From a virus: a DNA stretch of 64,000 bases. Each line of letters starts with the position of its first letter. Position 1 is the first letter of the stretch. The notes beneath the pieces were generated by a model. The model saw nothing but the letters and a program-made list of their open reading frames with translations, was not told the DNA's origin and ran no database searches. Location of the stretch: IMG/VR virus record IMGVR_UViG_3300006417_000280. The stretch is one strand, 5' to 3'. Both the position numbers and the translations under genes were made by a program. Positions 1-10,147 of the stretch are shown here, one piece after another.

Positions 1-562
1 ACTTCGGGAGTTCCTCCATCCCCACCCGACCGTGCTCGTGGCGGGTGGGGATGAAGAGCCCGTCGACGTAGGGGTGAGAGTAGGCCAGCGGGTGGAACTT
101 CCCGGACTCGCGGAGCTGTGCCACGACAAACTGGTAGCCGACCGGGTACTGCGAGCGGAGGGTGTGCTCTGTGTCGGCCGAGAGGTCGAACACGTTGGTG
201 TTGAGGCGCTTCACGTCATCCACGGTGGGGACGATGGAGACATCGTAGCTTCCGACCCGATGCACTTCCAGGACGTGGCCCAAGTCGAGCCCCTTGCTCA
301 TGGTGAGCGAGCGGGTGCGTTCGGTGAACACCTCCGTGAGCGGCTCGAAGAAGTCGGGGACGCCCGACAAGTCGTACAGGTCGATCTGATCCGAGTCATC
401 CCAGATGGGTGCCGGGAGGATCATCGCGTTGCCCTTGCCCGAGCGGGACCGAAGCTGGACAGACATTTCGTAGACCGTGAGCTGCCGCTGCGAGAGCGCG
501 TCACGCCCCACGTAGATCTTCGTGTCGGTCACAGAGGCGACGGGGGCGGCCATGATGCACAT
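1..562 (-). CDS. Hypothetical protein (partial, runs off window start); MCIMAAPVASVTDTKIY...NAMILPAP...FHPLAYSH...LFIPTRHEH
   Basis: Open frame from ATG at 562 to the window edge with GC-rich codon bias; not in the ORF track because truncated. Confidence 0.7.
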   Translation of the reverse strand, partial: MCIMAAPVASVTDTKIYVGRDALSQRQLTVYEMSVQLRSRSGKGNAMILPAPIWDDSDQIDLYDLSGVPDFFEPLTEVFTERTRSLTMSKGLDLGHVLEVHRVGSYDVSIVPTVDDVKRLNTNVFDLSADTEHTLRSQYPVGYQFVVAQLRESGKFHPLAYSHPYVDGLFIPTRHEHGRVGMEELPK

Positions 563-564
563 GT

Positions 565-1680
565 TTAGGGATTCCGGTGTTTGCGCTTTCCACCCTTACG
601 CGGTTGGGCGGCAGCGATGATGCGCAGTTGCTGCTCAATCTTGTTCTGCAATTCCTTGTCCATTCGGACATAGGGGCTCTCTGACCCGAGCGGGTGCCAG
701 AGGTTCGGGTCGACCACATGCTCGCGACCCACGAGGCCATCGACCATCCAGGAGGGGATGGACTCCATCCCGAACCGAAGGGCAGCCAGGCACCCCGCGA
801 CGGCGGCCACGGTGTCCGTGTCTCCACCCGACGCGCAGACTCGCAGGAGCGCATCCTCGAAGGAGGTCGCCTGGTCTACGGCGTGGATGATCCAAGGGAC
901 GCCCGTGAGGGCGAACCCATCCGCCGCGCATTGCAGCGGATGGCTGGATATCCCGGTCTTGGTCGCGAAGTCGAGCAGCGCCTTCTCGTCCCGGTTGCGG
1001 AGCACCAGGAGGGCTTTCTTCATGAGGGCGAAGGCGTCTTGCACGTCCTGTGTGAGGTCATCAAGGCCAAGCGCGCGGAAGTCTGGCTCAGGATCCCACC
1101 CGTATCGAGACGTGTGCCAGGCATAGGCGGCGACCATCGCAGCGCCTGCAAGCCCTACCGCATGTGTGGTCGTGGACGCAGAGACCCCGACGGCCCACGG
1201 CATCACGAGGGCAGGGTCGTCGATGAGGGTGGCCACGGGGCCGATGCGCATAGCGCCGCCCAGGCCTGCCGTGTCTGGCACGACGCCCCGAAGGATGACC
1301 GAGCGGAAGTTCTGTCCCGTCCCCCGATGAAGGCCGAAGCTAAGGGTGCCCAACACGGGCTCGTCCGCCATGCGTCGGCAGACCTTGATGAACAGCTCGG
1401 CCATGTGGTCGATCCGCATCGGGTCGCGTCCCTTCGCGACCATCTGGCCCCAGATCCAGAGAAGGATTAGGGATTGCTGCGCGTCGTCCGAATACAGGCC
1501 CGACGTGCGGCACCTGCGCACGGGTTGCCGCACGTCATCCCAACACGAGAGGTAGCGACCCTCATCGATCGATAGGCGGGAGAACTCGGGAGCCCCCTCG
1601 TGGAACTCGAACGGGCAGCCGAACGCATCAGCCACGGCCAAGCCTAGTAGGGAGGTGAGGGTGGTGGCGGGGTAGTTCAA
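565..1680 (-). CDS. ADP-ribosylglycohydrolase (DraG/ARH family)
   Basis: LLGLAVADAFG.PFE, YSDD, GGAMRIGP, GGDTDTVAAVAG motifs; likely TTG start at 1680 overlapping the upstream stop, with GGAG RBS. Confidence 0.9.
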   Translation of the reverse strand: MNYPATTLTSLLGLAVADAFGCPFEFHEGAPEFSRLSIDEGRYLSCWDDVRQPVRRCRTSGLYSDDAQQSLILLWIWGQMVAKGRDPMRIDHMAELFIKVCRRMADEPVLGTLSFGLHRGTGQNFRSVILRGVVPDTAGLGGAMRIGPVATLIDDPALVMPWAVGVSASTTTHAVGLAGAAMVAAYAWHTSRYGWDPEPDFRALGLDDLTQDVQDAFALMKKALLVLRNRDEKALLDFATKTGISSHPLQCAADGFALTGVPWIIHAVDQATSFEDALLRVCASGGDTDTVAAVAGCLAALRFGMESIPSWMVDGLVGREHVVDPNLWHPLGSESPYVRMDKELQNKIEQQLRIIAAAQPRKGGKRKHRNP

Positions 1681-2282
1681 GCAGGCTCCATATCCGTGGT
1701 CATACTGGATACCCGGTCGCACCACTGGATGAACTCAGAGACGGTGAGGGAGCCGCGAATAACGTTCACATCCTTATGAACCCATTGGACGTTCCCGGCC
1801 TCGTACCCATTGGTACTGTCAATCCGATCAAGTGAAGCAGTTCGGCCTTTTTGACTTGTGGTGCGCGCAAACCCAATCGGAACCCCAGAAAGAGCGCATT
1901 GCCCTTCCTGCACCTCGAACAGAGCCCATGCCTCTTTGATCTGCAAAGTAAAGGTGACGCCCCGTTTAGAGGCACCCCTCTGAATGGCCCTCCAAAATGA
2001 CCCGCTTATGTCCCCGCACCCTTTCCAGGTTGATGGCTTGCGTCGGGAGCACCCACAGGACTTCTTTCCAACTCGGACAATCAGGGCATCACGACATGCC
2101 AAGGTGGTGTTTCCGCAGGCACATACACACTCGTAGAGGTGCCGCCGAAGGGAATCACGCCCTACATACCGTGTTACGGTTAGCCTCCCAAACGTGGTGT
2201 CAACGATGTCGTCAGGACGAGCCAGAGTCCGGTCATCGTTGCGGAGGCGTCGGCCCTGCACGTCCGTCCTTTTCGCTCTCAT
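1677..2282 (-). CDS. HNH-like homing endonuclease
   Basis: FGRLTV...CVCACGN...KSCGC N-terminus and CALSG...ASLDRID...GY...NVQWVHK..N core. Confidence 0.75.
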   Translation of the reverse strand: MRAKRTDVQGRRLRNDDRTLARPDDIVDTTFGRLTVTRYVGRDSLRRHLYECVCACGNTTLACRDALIVRVGKKSCGCSRRKPSTWKGCGDISGSFWRAIQRGASKRGVTFTLQIKEAWALFEVQEGQCALSGVPIGFARTTSQKGRTASLDRIDSTNGYEAGNVQWVHKDVNVIRGSLTVSEFIQWCDRVSSMTTDMEPA

Positions 2283-2881
2283 GATCGCGTCCGAGCGTAC
2301 AACGAGACGGAATGGCACCAATGAATGAACTCCTCTTGACCGTAGTCCCATTTCATACGGTTGATGTTCTTATGGAGCCACTGTACGTTGTCGGGGGCAT
2401 AGCCGTTCGCGTTAACAATCCGATCGAGGGACGCCGTGGTGTTAGGGGATATGCTGCTTGTCGAGTGTGCGAAAGATATCGGCACCCCGCTTAAAGCGCA
2501 CTTACCCCCCTGCTGTTCAAATTTCGCCCACGCATCTTCAATGCTTATTTCAAACGGAATGCCGCGCTTATCAGCGAGGCCCCGGATGTACTTCCACATC
2601 GTCAGGCTGATATCTCCATGGCCCTTCCAGGACGGGTGCTTCGAGCGAAGCCTGTTCTCTGGCTTCAAGCAACCACAGGACTTCACATGATTTGTTACGA
2701 GGAGAGCCCGCTTAGCGACGCAGAGGTTTCCGCAGATGCAGCGACACTCATAAAGGTAATCCATCCGATAGGGGCGTCCGCTCTTTTGGTTAATGTACGG
2801 TTCTGATCGGAGGAAGGCAATCACGGTGAGATTCCCCACCACCTTCCCCACAATGTCAGCAGGATCTATCTTGTTGGGCAT
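2279..2881 (-). CDS. HNH-like homing endonuclease, paralog of 1677-2282
   Basis: Same motif set (CRCICGN, KSCGC, KGHGDIS, CALSGVPI, ASLDRI, NVQWLHKNIN). Confidence 0.75.
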   Translation of the reverse strand: MPNKIDPADIVGKVVGNLTVIAFLRSEPYINQKSGRPYRMDYLYECRCICGNLCVAKRALLVTNHVKSCGCLKPENRLRSKHPSWKGHGDISLTMWKYIRGLADKRGIPFEISIEDAWAKFEQQGGKCALSGVPISFAHSTSSISPNTTASLDRIVNANGYAPDNVQWLHKNINRMKWDYGQEEFIHWCHSVSLYARTRS

Positions 2882-2925
2882 GCTATACACATACCACTAA
2901 ACCCCCCTACGGTCAAGGGGGTAAG

Positions 2926-3000
2926 TGGTGCCCCCGACAGGATTCGAACCTGCAACGCGGAGATTTAAAGTCTCCTGTTCCACCATTGAACTACGGAGGC
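2926..3000 (-). tRNA. tRNA with UUA anticodon (ochre suppressor)
   Basis: Acceptor GCCTCCG/CGGGGGC+A+CCA, anticodon arm GGAGA-CTTTAAA-TCTCC, T-loop TTCGAAT. Confidence 0.85.
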
Positions 3001-3054
3001 GCACCATCCTCTCTACGCGGATTCTACCGCTGGCTGAACGGGTAGGGTCGGCAC

Positions 3055-3684
3055 ATGAAATACATCATTGGTGCGGACGAAGTAGGCCGAGGCTGCGTGG
3101 CGGGTGATGCAGTCGTTGCTGCGGTCATGATCCCCGAGGACGCCCTTAGAATCGACGGCGTGCGGGACAGCAAGAAGCTCACGCCCGCCAAGCGAGAGGC
3201 GTTGGACGCGCAACTTCGCGCTGATCCGAACCTGCACTATGCCGTCGTGTTCCGCTCGGCGGCCGACGTGGACAAGCGAGGGATCGACAGCGTTATCCGC
3301 GCCTGCTTCCACGACGCTGTAAACGACCTGGTAGACCGTGGCCTACCGGTGTCCGAAGTGCGGATAGACGGGCGGCCGTTCCCGTTCACGGTTGCAGGTG
3401 TGTCCGTGCGGTTCATCGTGAAAGGCGATGACTCTGACTATGCAATCGGGGCCGCGAGCATCATCGCGAAGGTGGCCCGTGACCGCTACATGGTCGACCA
3501 GGGGGAGCGATACCCCGACTACGGTCTCGAGAAGCATGCGGGCTATGGAACACCCGAGCACATTAAGGCCATCAAGCAACACGGGCTCTCCCCGATCCAC
3601 CGGGCCACGTTCTGTAAGGCGTGGGTGCCACCGAAACCCGTAGAGATCGTGGACGACCCCAACGTCATGGACATCTTCGGCTGA
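3055..3684 (+). CDS. rnhB: Ribonuclease HII
   Basis: GADEVGRG, DSKKL, VKGD, AASIIAKVARD, HAGYGT..H, IHRATF motifs. Confidence 0.95.
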   Translation: MKYIIGADEVGRGCVAGDAVVAAVMIPEDALRIDGVRDSKKLTPAKREALDAQLRADPNLHYAVVFRSAADVDKRGIDSVIRACFHDAVNDLVDRGLPVSEVRIDGRPFPFTVAGVSVRFIVKGDDSDYAIGAASIIAKVARDRYMVDQGERYPDYGLEKHAGYGTPEHIKAIKQHGLSPIHRATFCKAWVPPKPVEIVDDPNVMDIFG

Positions 3685-3687
3685 TGC

Positions 3688-4464
3688 CTATCCGAACACC
3701 TTCTTGAAAGCGTCGCGGTTCACGGCCGGGCCGTAGCAGGCAAACACGACATGCCGGATGGAGCCCGACTGCGTGGCGATGGCTTCCTTGAAGCACTCGG
3801 CGACGACCTTGGGATCATTGCCGTACTCCCCACAGCCCCAGGCCCCGAGGATCAGCACGTCCGCCCCCATCGTTGCGGCGTGGCGGACGACGTGCCTGCA
3901 TCGCCGCTGGAAGATGGCCCGAGTCATGCCCTTGTCCTGGCCCGTGCCGTAGGTGCGGTGGTTGTTGGGGGCCGGATAGGTGATGACCTGCATGAGCATC
4001 GGGTCTACCAGGGTGTAGTCCCCGTCTCGAATGAGCGGCACGTCTTCGGACCAGATGATTCGGTCGTAACTCTCCTTCGGGGCTCCATCCTGTAGGTTTG
4101 CCTCGTAATAGCCCAACAGCTCCTCGAGTCCGTAGAGGAGGCCCGAGCATAGGCACAAGGCTTCCTCTTGCGCCCTGGCGCCGTAGCGCACACCACCACC
4201 GGGCATCACCCCGGACGCGAAGTTGAGCACAGTGACCCTCTGGCCTCGGAAGCGCAAGATGGCGTCCTGCGACTTCTCGCCCGTCACTTCGATAGAGGGC
4301 ATGCCCGGTAGTTCCGACGTGCAATTTACATGGGTGAAGTCGTAGACTTGGGCAGATCCCCAGTTCGACTCGGTGAGTCGGAGCGTCTCCTCAAGAATGA
4401 TGTCGTCACCAGCGGGCGGTGCGTCGTCTTCAGCGTAGATGTCGGCGAACAAGTCGATCTCCAT
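3688..4464 (-). CDS. TIGR02452/DUF2263 family, microbial PARG-like macrodomain protein
   Basis: VLNFAS...PGGG...GARAQEEALC and LILGAWGCGEYGNDP motifs. Confidence 0.85.
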   Translation of the reverse strand: MEIDLFADIYAEDDAPPAGDDIILEETLRLTESNWGSAQVYDFTHVNCTSELPGMPSIEVTGEKSQDAILRFRGQRVTVLNFASGVMPGGGVRYGARAQEEALCLCSGLLYGLEELLGYYEANLQDGAPKESYDRIIWSEDVPLIRDGDYTLVDPMLMQVITYPAPNNHRTYGTGQDKGMTRAIFQRRCRHVVRHAATMGADVLILGAWGCGEYGNDPKVVAECFKEAIATQSGSIRHVVFACYGPAVNRDAFKKVFG

Positions 4465-4538
4465 GGAGCACCTCGCAGAAACACTACCGGGTCAATTTGA
4501 CAGCACGATCATTCATGGGTAGGGTGCGCGCAGCCAAC

Positions 4539-4757
4539 ATGCCGACTACCCTGCCCCGCCTGCTTCCCATGACCGCTCGTCGGAATGGGTCAAGTTACGC
4601 GCGTGTGTTCGCACGGGTTCGTCCGGAGAGCGTCGGCGGGCTTCGCGGCTGAGGGGGCGTCCCGCCTCCTTTCCCTGCAGAGCCCAACCCGCACGTGACC
4701 GCCCCTTCTCGTAGAGGAGGGGCCAATCTTGGCTTGACCCGTAGCGACGGTCAAGCC
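4539..4757 (+). promoter_or_regulatory. Putative leader peptide (37 aa, 4539-4652) with alternative hairpins upstream of EF-G
   Basis: TTGACA-N16-GTAG upstream; GGCTTGACC/GGTCAAGCC hairpin (4731-4757) competes with GGGTCAAG (4587-4594). Confidence 0.45.
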
Positions 4758-4786
4758 GGGGCTCTCTAGACTTTTCGGAAATCCTC

Positions 4787-6841
4787 ATGTTCTCCCTCTC
4801 CAGAACCATCGGCATCATGGCCCACGTTGACGCGGGCAAAACCACTGTCTCCGAGCGCATGCTCGTCTACGCGGGCCGTCTTCGGCATGCAGGCAACATC
4901 GACGCGGGCAACACCCACCTCGACCACGGGGTAGAGGAGCGCGCCCGCGGCATCACCATCTCGGCTGCCGCCACGTCCTTCGAGTGGATCCCCCGCGTGG
5001 GGTTGGCCGCAGGCCAGGCTCACCGAATCCAGCTCGTGGACACCCCAGGACATATCGACTTCGGCATCGAAGTGGAGCGGGCATTGTCCGTTCTGGACGG
5101 TGCCGTGCTCGTGCTTGATGCCCATAAGGGCGTGGAGCCTCAGACCGAGTCCGTGTGGCGCCAGGCGCAGCGCCATCGCGTGCCGCGCATCGGGTTCGTC
5201 AACAAGATGGACAAGCCGGGTGCCGACTGGACCCGGTGCCTCGAGTCCGTTCGCGACCGTCTCGGCGCGAATCCCCTGCCCGTGGCGTTGCCCATCGGTG
5301 CGGGCTCCTCATTCGCGGGTGTCGTAGACCTTCGCACCGGGGAAGCTCTGTACTTCTCTGGCGACGACGGGCGTGATGTGACCATCACCACTGTGCCCCC
5401 CGACATGGAGAGCCAGGTGGCCAAGGCGCAAGCCACGTTGTTCGAGATGCTCGCCGACTTCGACGACGAGGTCTTCGCTGCGTTCATGGGCGGCACGGCT
5501 CCCCCTGTCGTGGCGCTCGACCGTGCGTTGCGTCTCGTGGTGCAGGGTGGCGCGTTCCTGCTCGTCCTTCCCGGTGCGGCGTTGCACCACAAGGGCGTGC
5601 AGCCGTTGCTCGACGCCGTCGCGCAGTGGTTGCCGTCTCCCCTCGACCGACCCCCCTTCCAGGCCCATACGGTGGAAGGGGAGGAAGTGACCGTGGCGAC
5701 CGACCCAGAGGGCCATCCGGTGGCCCTTGTGTTCAAGACTGTCACGGACAAGTTCCTTGGGACTTTGGCGTGGATTCGCGTGCTGCGCGGCTCCATTTCC
5801 CGTGGAGATTCCGTGGAGACGAGCGCGGGCCGTCGAAGCCGTGTGGGGCGACTCATGCGGCTGGACGGTGCCGAGTTCGACGACGTGGACATTGCCCAAG
5901 TAGGGGACATCGTGGCCGTCTCGGGCCTGGGGGATCCTCGTACCGGTGACAGCATCTGTGCGGTCGGGGCCGTGGTGCGTTTCGGTGCGCTCGTAGTTCC
6001 CGAGCCCGTGATCGAGATCGTCGTGGAAGCTGCAAACCGAGCCGAGCAGGATCGGCTCAACGCGGCCTTGCGGCGGTACGCGTCCGAGGACCCGTCTCTT
6101 GGTGTCGGCACCGATCCCGAGTCAGGCCAGACGCTCGTGCGCGGACAGGGGGAGCTTCACCTTGAGGTGCTACTGACCCGCACTCGTCGTGAGCTGGGCG
6201 GAGAGGTGAAGTCCTCTCCGCCTCGCGTGGCATGGCGTGAGACGCCTGCCCGGGCGAACCGAATCGAGTTCCGTCACATTCGACAGAACGGCGGATCGGG
6301 TGTCTTCGCCGTGGTCGTGTTGTCCGTGGAGCCAGGTGCTACCGGGTCGGGCTTCGCGTTCAAGAACGAGACGTCGGGTGGCGTGTTGACCGCGGCCTAC
6401 GTGGCAGCCGTAGAGAAGGGTGCGCGAGACGCTTCCTCATCGGGGATCTATGCCCCGGTGACGGATGTGCTCGTCACCCTTCACGACGGGGACACGCACG
6501 TCAAGGACTCGAGTGCGATGGCCTTCGAGCAGGCGGGCAGCCTTGCGTTCAAGGAAGCCCTGGAAGGGGCCGGTGCGGTCCTTCTGGAGCCTCGGATGGC
6601 CGTGGAGGTGACTACCCCGTCGCAGACGCTGGGCCCGGTCCTGGGTGACCTGGCGGGGCGTGGTGCGTCCATCAAGGACTTGTCCGCGGGCACCGACGTG
6701 GTCGTGCGGGCGGAAGTGCCTCTGCGAACGATGTTCGGGTTCGTGTCGACTTTGCGTGGCAACTCGCAAGGTCGGGGGAGCTTCACGATGTCCCTGGCCG
6801 GGTATGCACCCGCGCCGAAGGATGCCGTGGCCTCTAGGTAG
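4787..6841 (+). CDS. fusA: Elongation factor G homolog
   Basis: AHVDAGKTT, RGITI, DTPGH, NKMD, GQGELHLE, H..DSS..AF, LLEP motifs; 684 aa. Confidence 0.95.
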   Translation: MFSLSRTIGIMAHVDAGKTTVSERMLVYAGRLRHAGNIDAGNTHLDHGVEERARGITISAAATSFEWIPRVGLAAGQAHRIQLVDTPGHIDFGIEVERALSVLDGAVLVLDAHKGVEPQTESVWRQAQRHRVPRIGFVNKMDKPGADWTRCLESVRDRLGANPLPVALPIGAGSSFAGVVDLRTGEALYFSGDDGRDVTITTVPPDMESQVAKAQATLFEMLADFDDEVFAAFMGGTAPPVVALDRALRLVVQGGAFLLVLPGAALHHKGVQPLLDAVAQWLPSPLDRPPFQAHTVEGEEVTVATDPEGHPVALVFKTVTDKFLGTLAWIRVLRGSISRGDSVETSAGRRSRVGRLMRLDGAEFDDVDIAQVGDIVAVSGLGDPRTGDSICAVGAVVRFGALVVPEPVIEIVVEAANRAEQDRLNAALRRYASEDPSLGVGTDPESGQTLVRGQGELHLEVLLTRTRRELGGEVKSSPPRVAWRETPARANRIEFRHIRQNGGSGVFAVVVLSVEPGATGSGFAFKNETSGGVLTAAYVAAVEKGARDASSSGIYAPVTDVLVTLHDGDTHVKDSSAMAFEQAGSLAFKEALEGAGAVLLEPRMAVEVTTPSQTLGPVLGDLAGRGASIKDLSAGTDVVVRAEVPLRTMFGFVSTLRGNSQGRGSFTMSLAGYAPAPKDAVASR

Positions 6842-7050
6842 CCAGAATCGCCTCGATGAGTCGCTGTACCTCGGCCGACTCACCGCGCGCCCCTAATAGA
6901 CGCACTGCTTCTCGGAGCAGTGCGTCTTTCGCGTCCAAGGCATCCAGGGCGTCGTGGAAGCGCCCGTTTCCGATGTTCATCGTGAGCGGGTAGGGGAACC
7001 GTCCCCTGGCAGCCTCGCGGTCGGCCGCCTTGCTGTAATCGTACTGCATG

Positions 7051-7407
7051 TCACGGCGCGACATGGGGATTGTCCTTGAACCAGGTGTCCACACGGTCAC
7101 GGAACTTCTCGAAGGTGGCCCACGACTCGTCTGCGGTCATTCCCGTAGCGACGCAGATCTGTGGGCCGCGCTTGTGGACATAGAGCACCCAACCTTCGTC
7201 CACGTTCTGCCAGACCCAGTTGCGGTGGCGGAACATGATGGTCTCGGCTTGTCTGCCGAGGATGTGCCTGAATAGCTGCGTGTTGGTGAGGCCCCTGCGG
7301 CTGACCTCGTCGCGGTAAACCGTGACCCACCACTTTGAGAACTCGAACAGCCTATGGTTGGACCAGGTGACTTCGGGGCGCACGAGCACATCGTGGTCAA
7401 TTGGCAT
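7051..7407 (-). CDS. Hypothetical protein
   Basis: Part of a chain of coupled small minus-strand ORFs between 6.8 and 10.8 kb. Confidence 0.55.
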   Translation of the reverse strand: MPIDHDVLVRPEVTWSNHRLFEFSKWWVTVYRDEVSRRGLTNTQLFRHILGRQAETIMFRHRNWVWQNVDEGWVLYVHKRGPQICVATGMTADESWATFEKFRDRVDTWFKDNPHVAP

Positions 7408-7813
7408 GACCGACTATCCATCGTGGAAGCAGTTCGGGGATCTCCTCGGCGATCTCATGCTGGACGGTGAAGATGCGGGAGACGGGCTTGTCGTCGCTCA
7501 TGGCCTGGAAGATGAGAACCCAGGCACTACCTTGTTCCACGGTCTTCATCAACGGGATCAGCGACGCATCGGGCGGGTCGACGACGAGCAACGGCTCCAT
7601 GGGATTGTCGACGTAGCACAGGAAGGCCGTGGGTCGTAGGTCCGGTAGCGACGTAGGGTCGTAGGTGAAGCGGAGCTTCACGGTGGGCACGGGCCTGGTC
7701 AGGAGGGCGGCCGACATCGCAGGCCCCGTGGTTTCCAACACGAGGAGAACGGCACCCTCGTACATGGTGCATGTCCAGTCGATGTCAGGGAGGGTGTCGA
7801 AGAGAGAGTCCAT
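7397..7813 (-). CDS. Hypothetical protein
   Basis: ATG at 7813 overlaps the upstream TGA. Confidence 0.55.
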   Translation of the reverse strand: MDSLFDTLPDIDWTCTMYEGAVLLVLETTGPAMSAALLTRPVPTVKLRFTYDPTSLPDLRPTAFLCYVDNPMEPLLVVDPPDASLIPLMKTVEQGSAWVLIFQAMSDDKPVSRIFTVQHEIAEEIPELLPRWIVGHAN

Positions 7814-8572
7814 CAGGTCACCGTCCTGGCCTGTGCCTGCGCAATGTTGTCCCGGAACGTGGTATCGACTTTCTTCAACGCGGCTTCGTGCCACGTAACA
7901 CAGAGCTTCGTGTACTCATCGAGTCCAAGCGGGGTGAGTCGGTACTCCGTCCGAGTGGGGCGCACCCATGAGCGGGTCGGCTCGTGGCACACGCCGGGAA
8001 TCACGGCCGTGGTGACGAGGCCGCGCTCGATGAGGGACGGGATCGGCTTCAAGAGCTGGCCACCGGGATTCCCGACGGCGATCTCGTGAAGCGTCTCCTG
8101 CTGGTTCGGGGTGAGTCGCATACACCCTCTACGCAGAATCACGCAATCCAGGAAGTACGAGCACAGTAAGGTCGGGGCCGTGCGTGGCTTGGAGGGCCTC
8201 CAGGTCGTCCCCGGTGTCGATGACATCCCCGCTCTTGATGTCCCAGACGCCGTAGCGGCTGATGACGATCTCCTCGCCCGTGTCGGTGTCCGTTAGGGTC
8301 AGGGGGGCGCCCATGTCCGTGATGTACTTCTTCATCGGGTCACCGTGCATATCTGGTATCGGTTCAGGCGCACGGCCTCAGCGTGCTTCGTGGCGAGCGT
8401 CCAGTTCATGACGTGATACCGGTTGAATTCCAGGTAGGTGTTGTTGCCAGGAGACGGGGGCAGGGCTGTGTCTGTCGCCACTATGACAAGGTACTTGGGG
8501 AATTTCCGTGTCATTGATGGAGTCTCCGTGTGGTTGACTCTTGTGCTACGCGCTCACCCCCACAACCTTAAC

Positions 8573-9271
8573 CTACAGGCAGTTCGCCTCGAACCATACG
8601 CGGCACGGGATGCCCTTCTCATCGCAAGCGAAGAGGAGGTTGACGTTCCCGCAGTCGCCCCAGTCGTTCTCGATCACCATGAGGCACTGCGCGGCCACAC
8701 CGTTGAGGGCGGGGAAGATGGACCCTTGGAGGAAATCGGGCGTGCCGAAGAAGCGCATGTGGGCGTGGGGTCGGAGCTTCCACGTCCCTGATGCAAGATC
8801 GGCCAGCTTCTTGTTCAGCCTGGCGATCTCTTCCTCGGCGAACTCCGGGTCGTTGGCGGCGTAGACGGTGACCTCTTCCAGGTCGTTCGTGAGGGTTTCG
8901 ACGAGGTGGCGGGTGGTCGCCACCTCATCCCACGTCCTGTAGGGGGTCTCTGGCCTGGTCGTGGGCGTGAAGTAGACGGACGCCCCTTCTGGCCGCCCCG
9001 TGGGGGAGTCCTCGTCCATCCCGTGGAGATCCACCTTCACGGCGTACCGTCGTCCGTTGATGGGCACGACGATGGGTCGGCGGGCCTGCACTTCCGAGTA
9101 GAGGCGTGCGGGCACCTGCTCGATGTGTTCCACGATGTCCGTGTCGTGGGTCGCCGTGACGCGAAGTCCTTGGGCGGCCTTGGTGACTCGGAAGCAACCG
9201 ATGTCTGGGCCCCAGACGCCTTGGTGTTCCGGGGCGACTACGAGATCGGCGTCGAGGATGATGGTGCTCAC
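8573..9271 (-). CDS. Hypothetical protein with YwqG/DUF1963-like C-terminus
   Basis: FFGTPDFLQ...WGDCGNVN motif. Confidence 0.55.
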   Translation of the reverse strand: MSTIILDADLVVAPEHQGVWGPDIGCFRVTKAAQGLRVTATHDTDIVEHIEQVPARLYSEVQARRPIVVPINGRRYAVKVDLHGMDEDSPTGRPEGASVYFTPTTRPETPYRTWDEVATTRHLVETLTNDLEEVTVYAANDPEFAEEEIARLNKKLADLASGTWKLRPHAHMRFFGTPDFLQGSIFPALNGVAAQCLMVIENDWGDCGNVNLLFACDEKGIPCRVWFEANCL

Positions 9272-9695
9272 GAAGCGGAATCGTCAGCGACATGGATGAT
9301 GGCCGGGGCAGACACGACGCCCGCTCGGCAGGCTTCCACGGCCTTCACGATGTCGTCGGCCATCGTGAGAAGCCCCTTGACCTTCTGGATGTCCTTGTTG
9401 CTGATCTGCGTGGCCATTCGGTGGCTCCTTGGTTGGTGTGGTCTACGCGGCCATAGAAGCCACATGAACCACAATTCGTCAGAGGTTGGCCAACCCAGCG
9501 CACAGGACGGTCACGCCTGCGATGAGCAATCGGGTGTACGGCTCGACCTTGTAGAGCCAGCCCTTGGGGTCCGTCCAGAGGAGCGACCTGTAATTGCTCG
9601 TCACGTTGGGCATCATGAACGCGAGCAGAGGCATGGAGGCGAAGTAGGCGGCGATGAAGAGGGCGAGGTACTGAGGCAGGGTCATGTCATCGCGC

Positions 9696-10106
9696 CTACT
9701 TCTGGACAGGTTCGGGCGTGTCGTTCTGACGGACGTGCTTGCACACCACGACGTTGGGCTCTAGGGCCCGGCCGTCACCCCTGCAGGCAAAGGTGTGGCT
9801 CTCTCCCTGGAGAATCTGAGTACATCGGGTGGACAGGCACTCCACCACGAGGGATCCCTTGTACCAGCCGACGCCCAACGTACCGCCTGGGTTCTTGGCC
9901 ATCCCGATGGTGAGGGAGACCTTCTCCTGGCCACTATCCCCACCCCGGACGTAGCGGACGCCTGGGTCATTGAGGATCGTGCCCGTGACCTCGTTCGGGT
10001 AGCCGAGGGGGAGGTCCCCACCATTGATGGGGGACCACAAGCACATCAGGCCCAGAAGACCGATGGCGACGATCGCGACGGCGAGGGAGCTGTCGTTCGA
10101 TGACAT
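9696..10106 (-). CDS. Membrane-anchored hypothetical protein
   Basis: N-terminal hydrophobic segment and four C-terminal Cys. Confidence 0.55.
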   Translation of the reverse strand: MSSNDSSLAVAIVAIGLLGLMCLWSPINGGDLPLGYPNEVTGTILNDPGVRYVRGGDSGQEKVSLTIGMAKNPGGTLGVGWYKGSLVVECLSTRCTQILQGESHTFACRGDGRALEPNVVVCKHVRQNDTPEPVQK

Positions 10107-10147
10107 GGGGTGTCCGTGCCTCGGAGGTTGTGGAGGGTGAGCACCTT

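Noticed and set aside
4787..6841. Tetracycline ribosomal protection protein or a cellular str operon
   Set aside because: Length and motifs fit EF-G, and there are no rpsL/rpsG/tuf neighbours.
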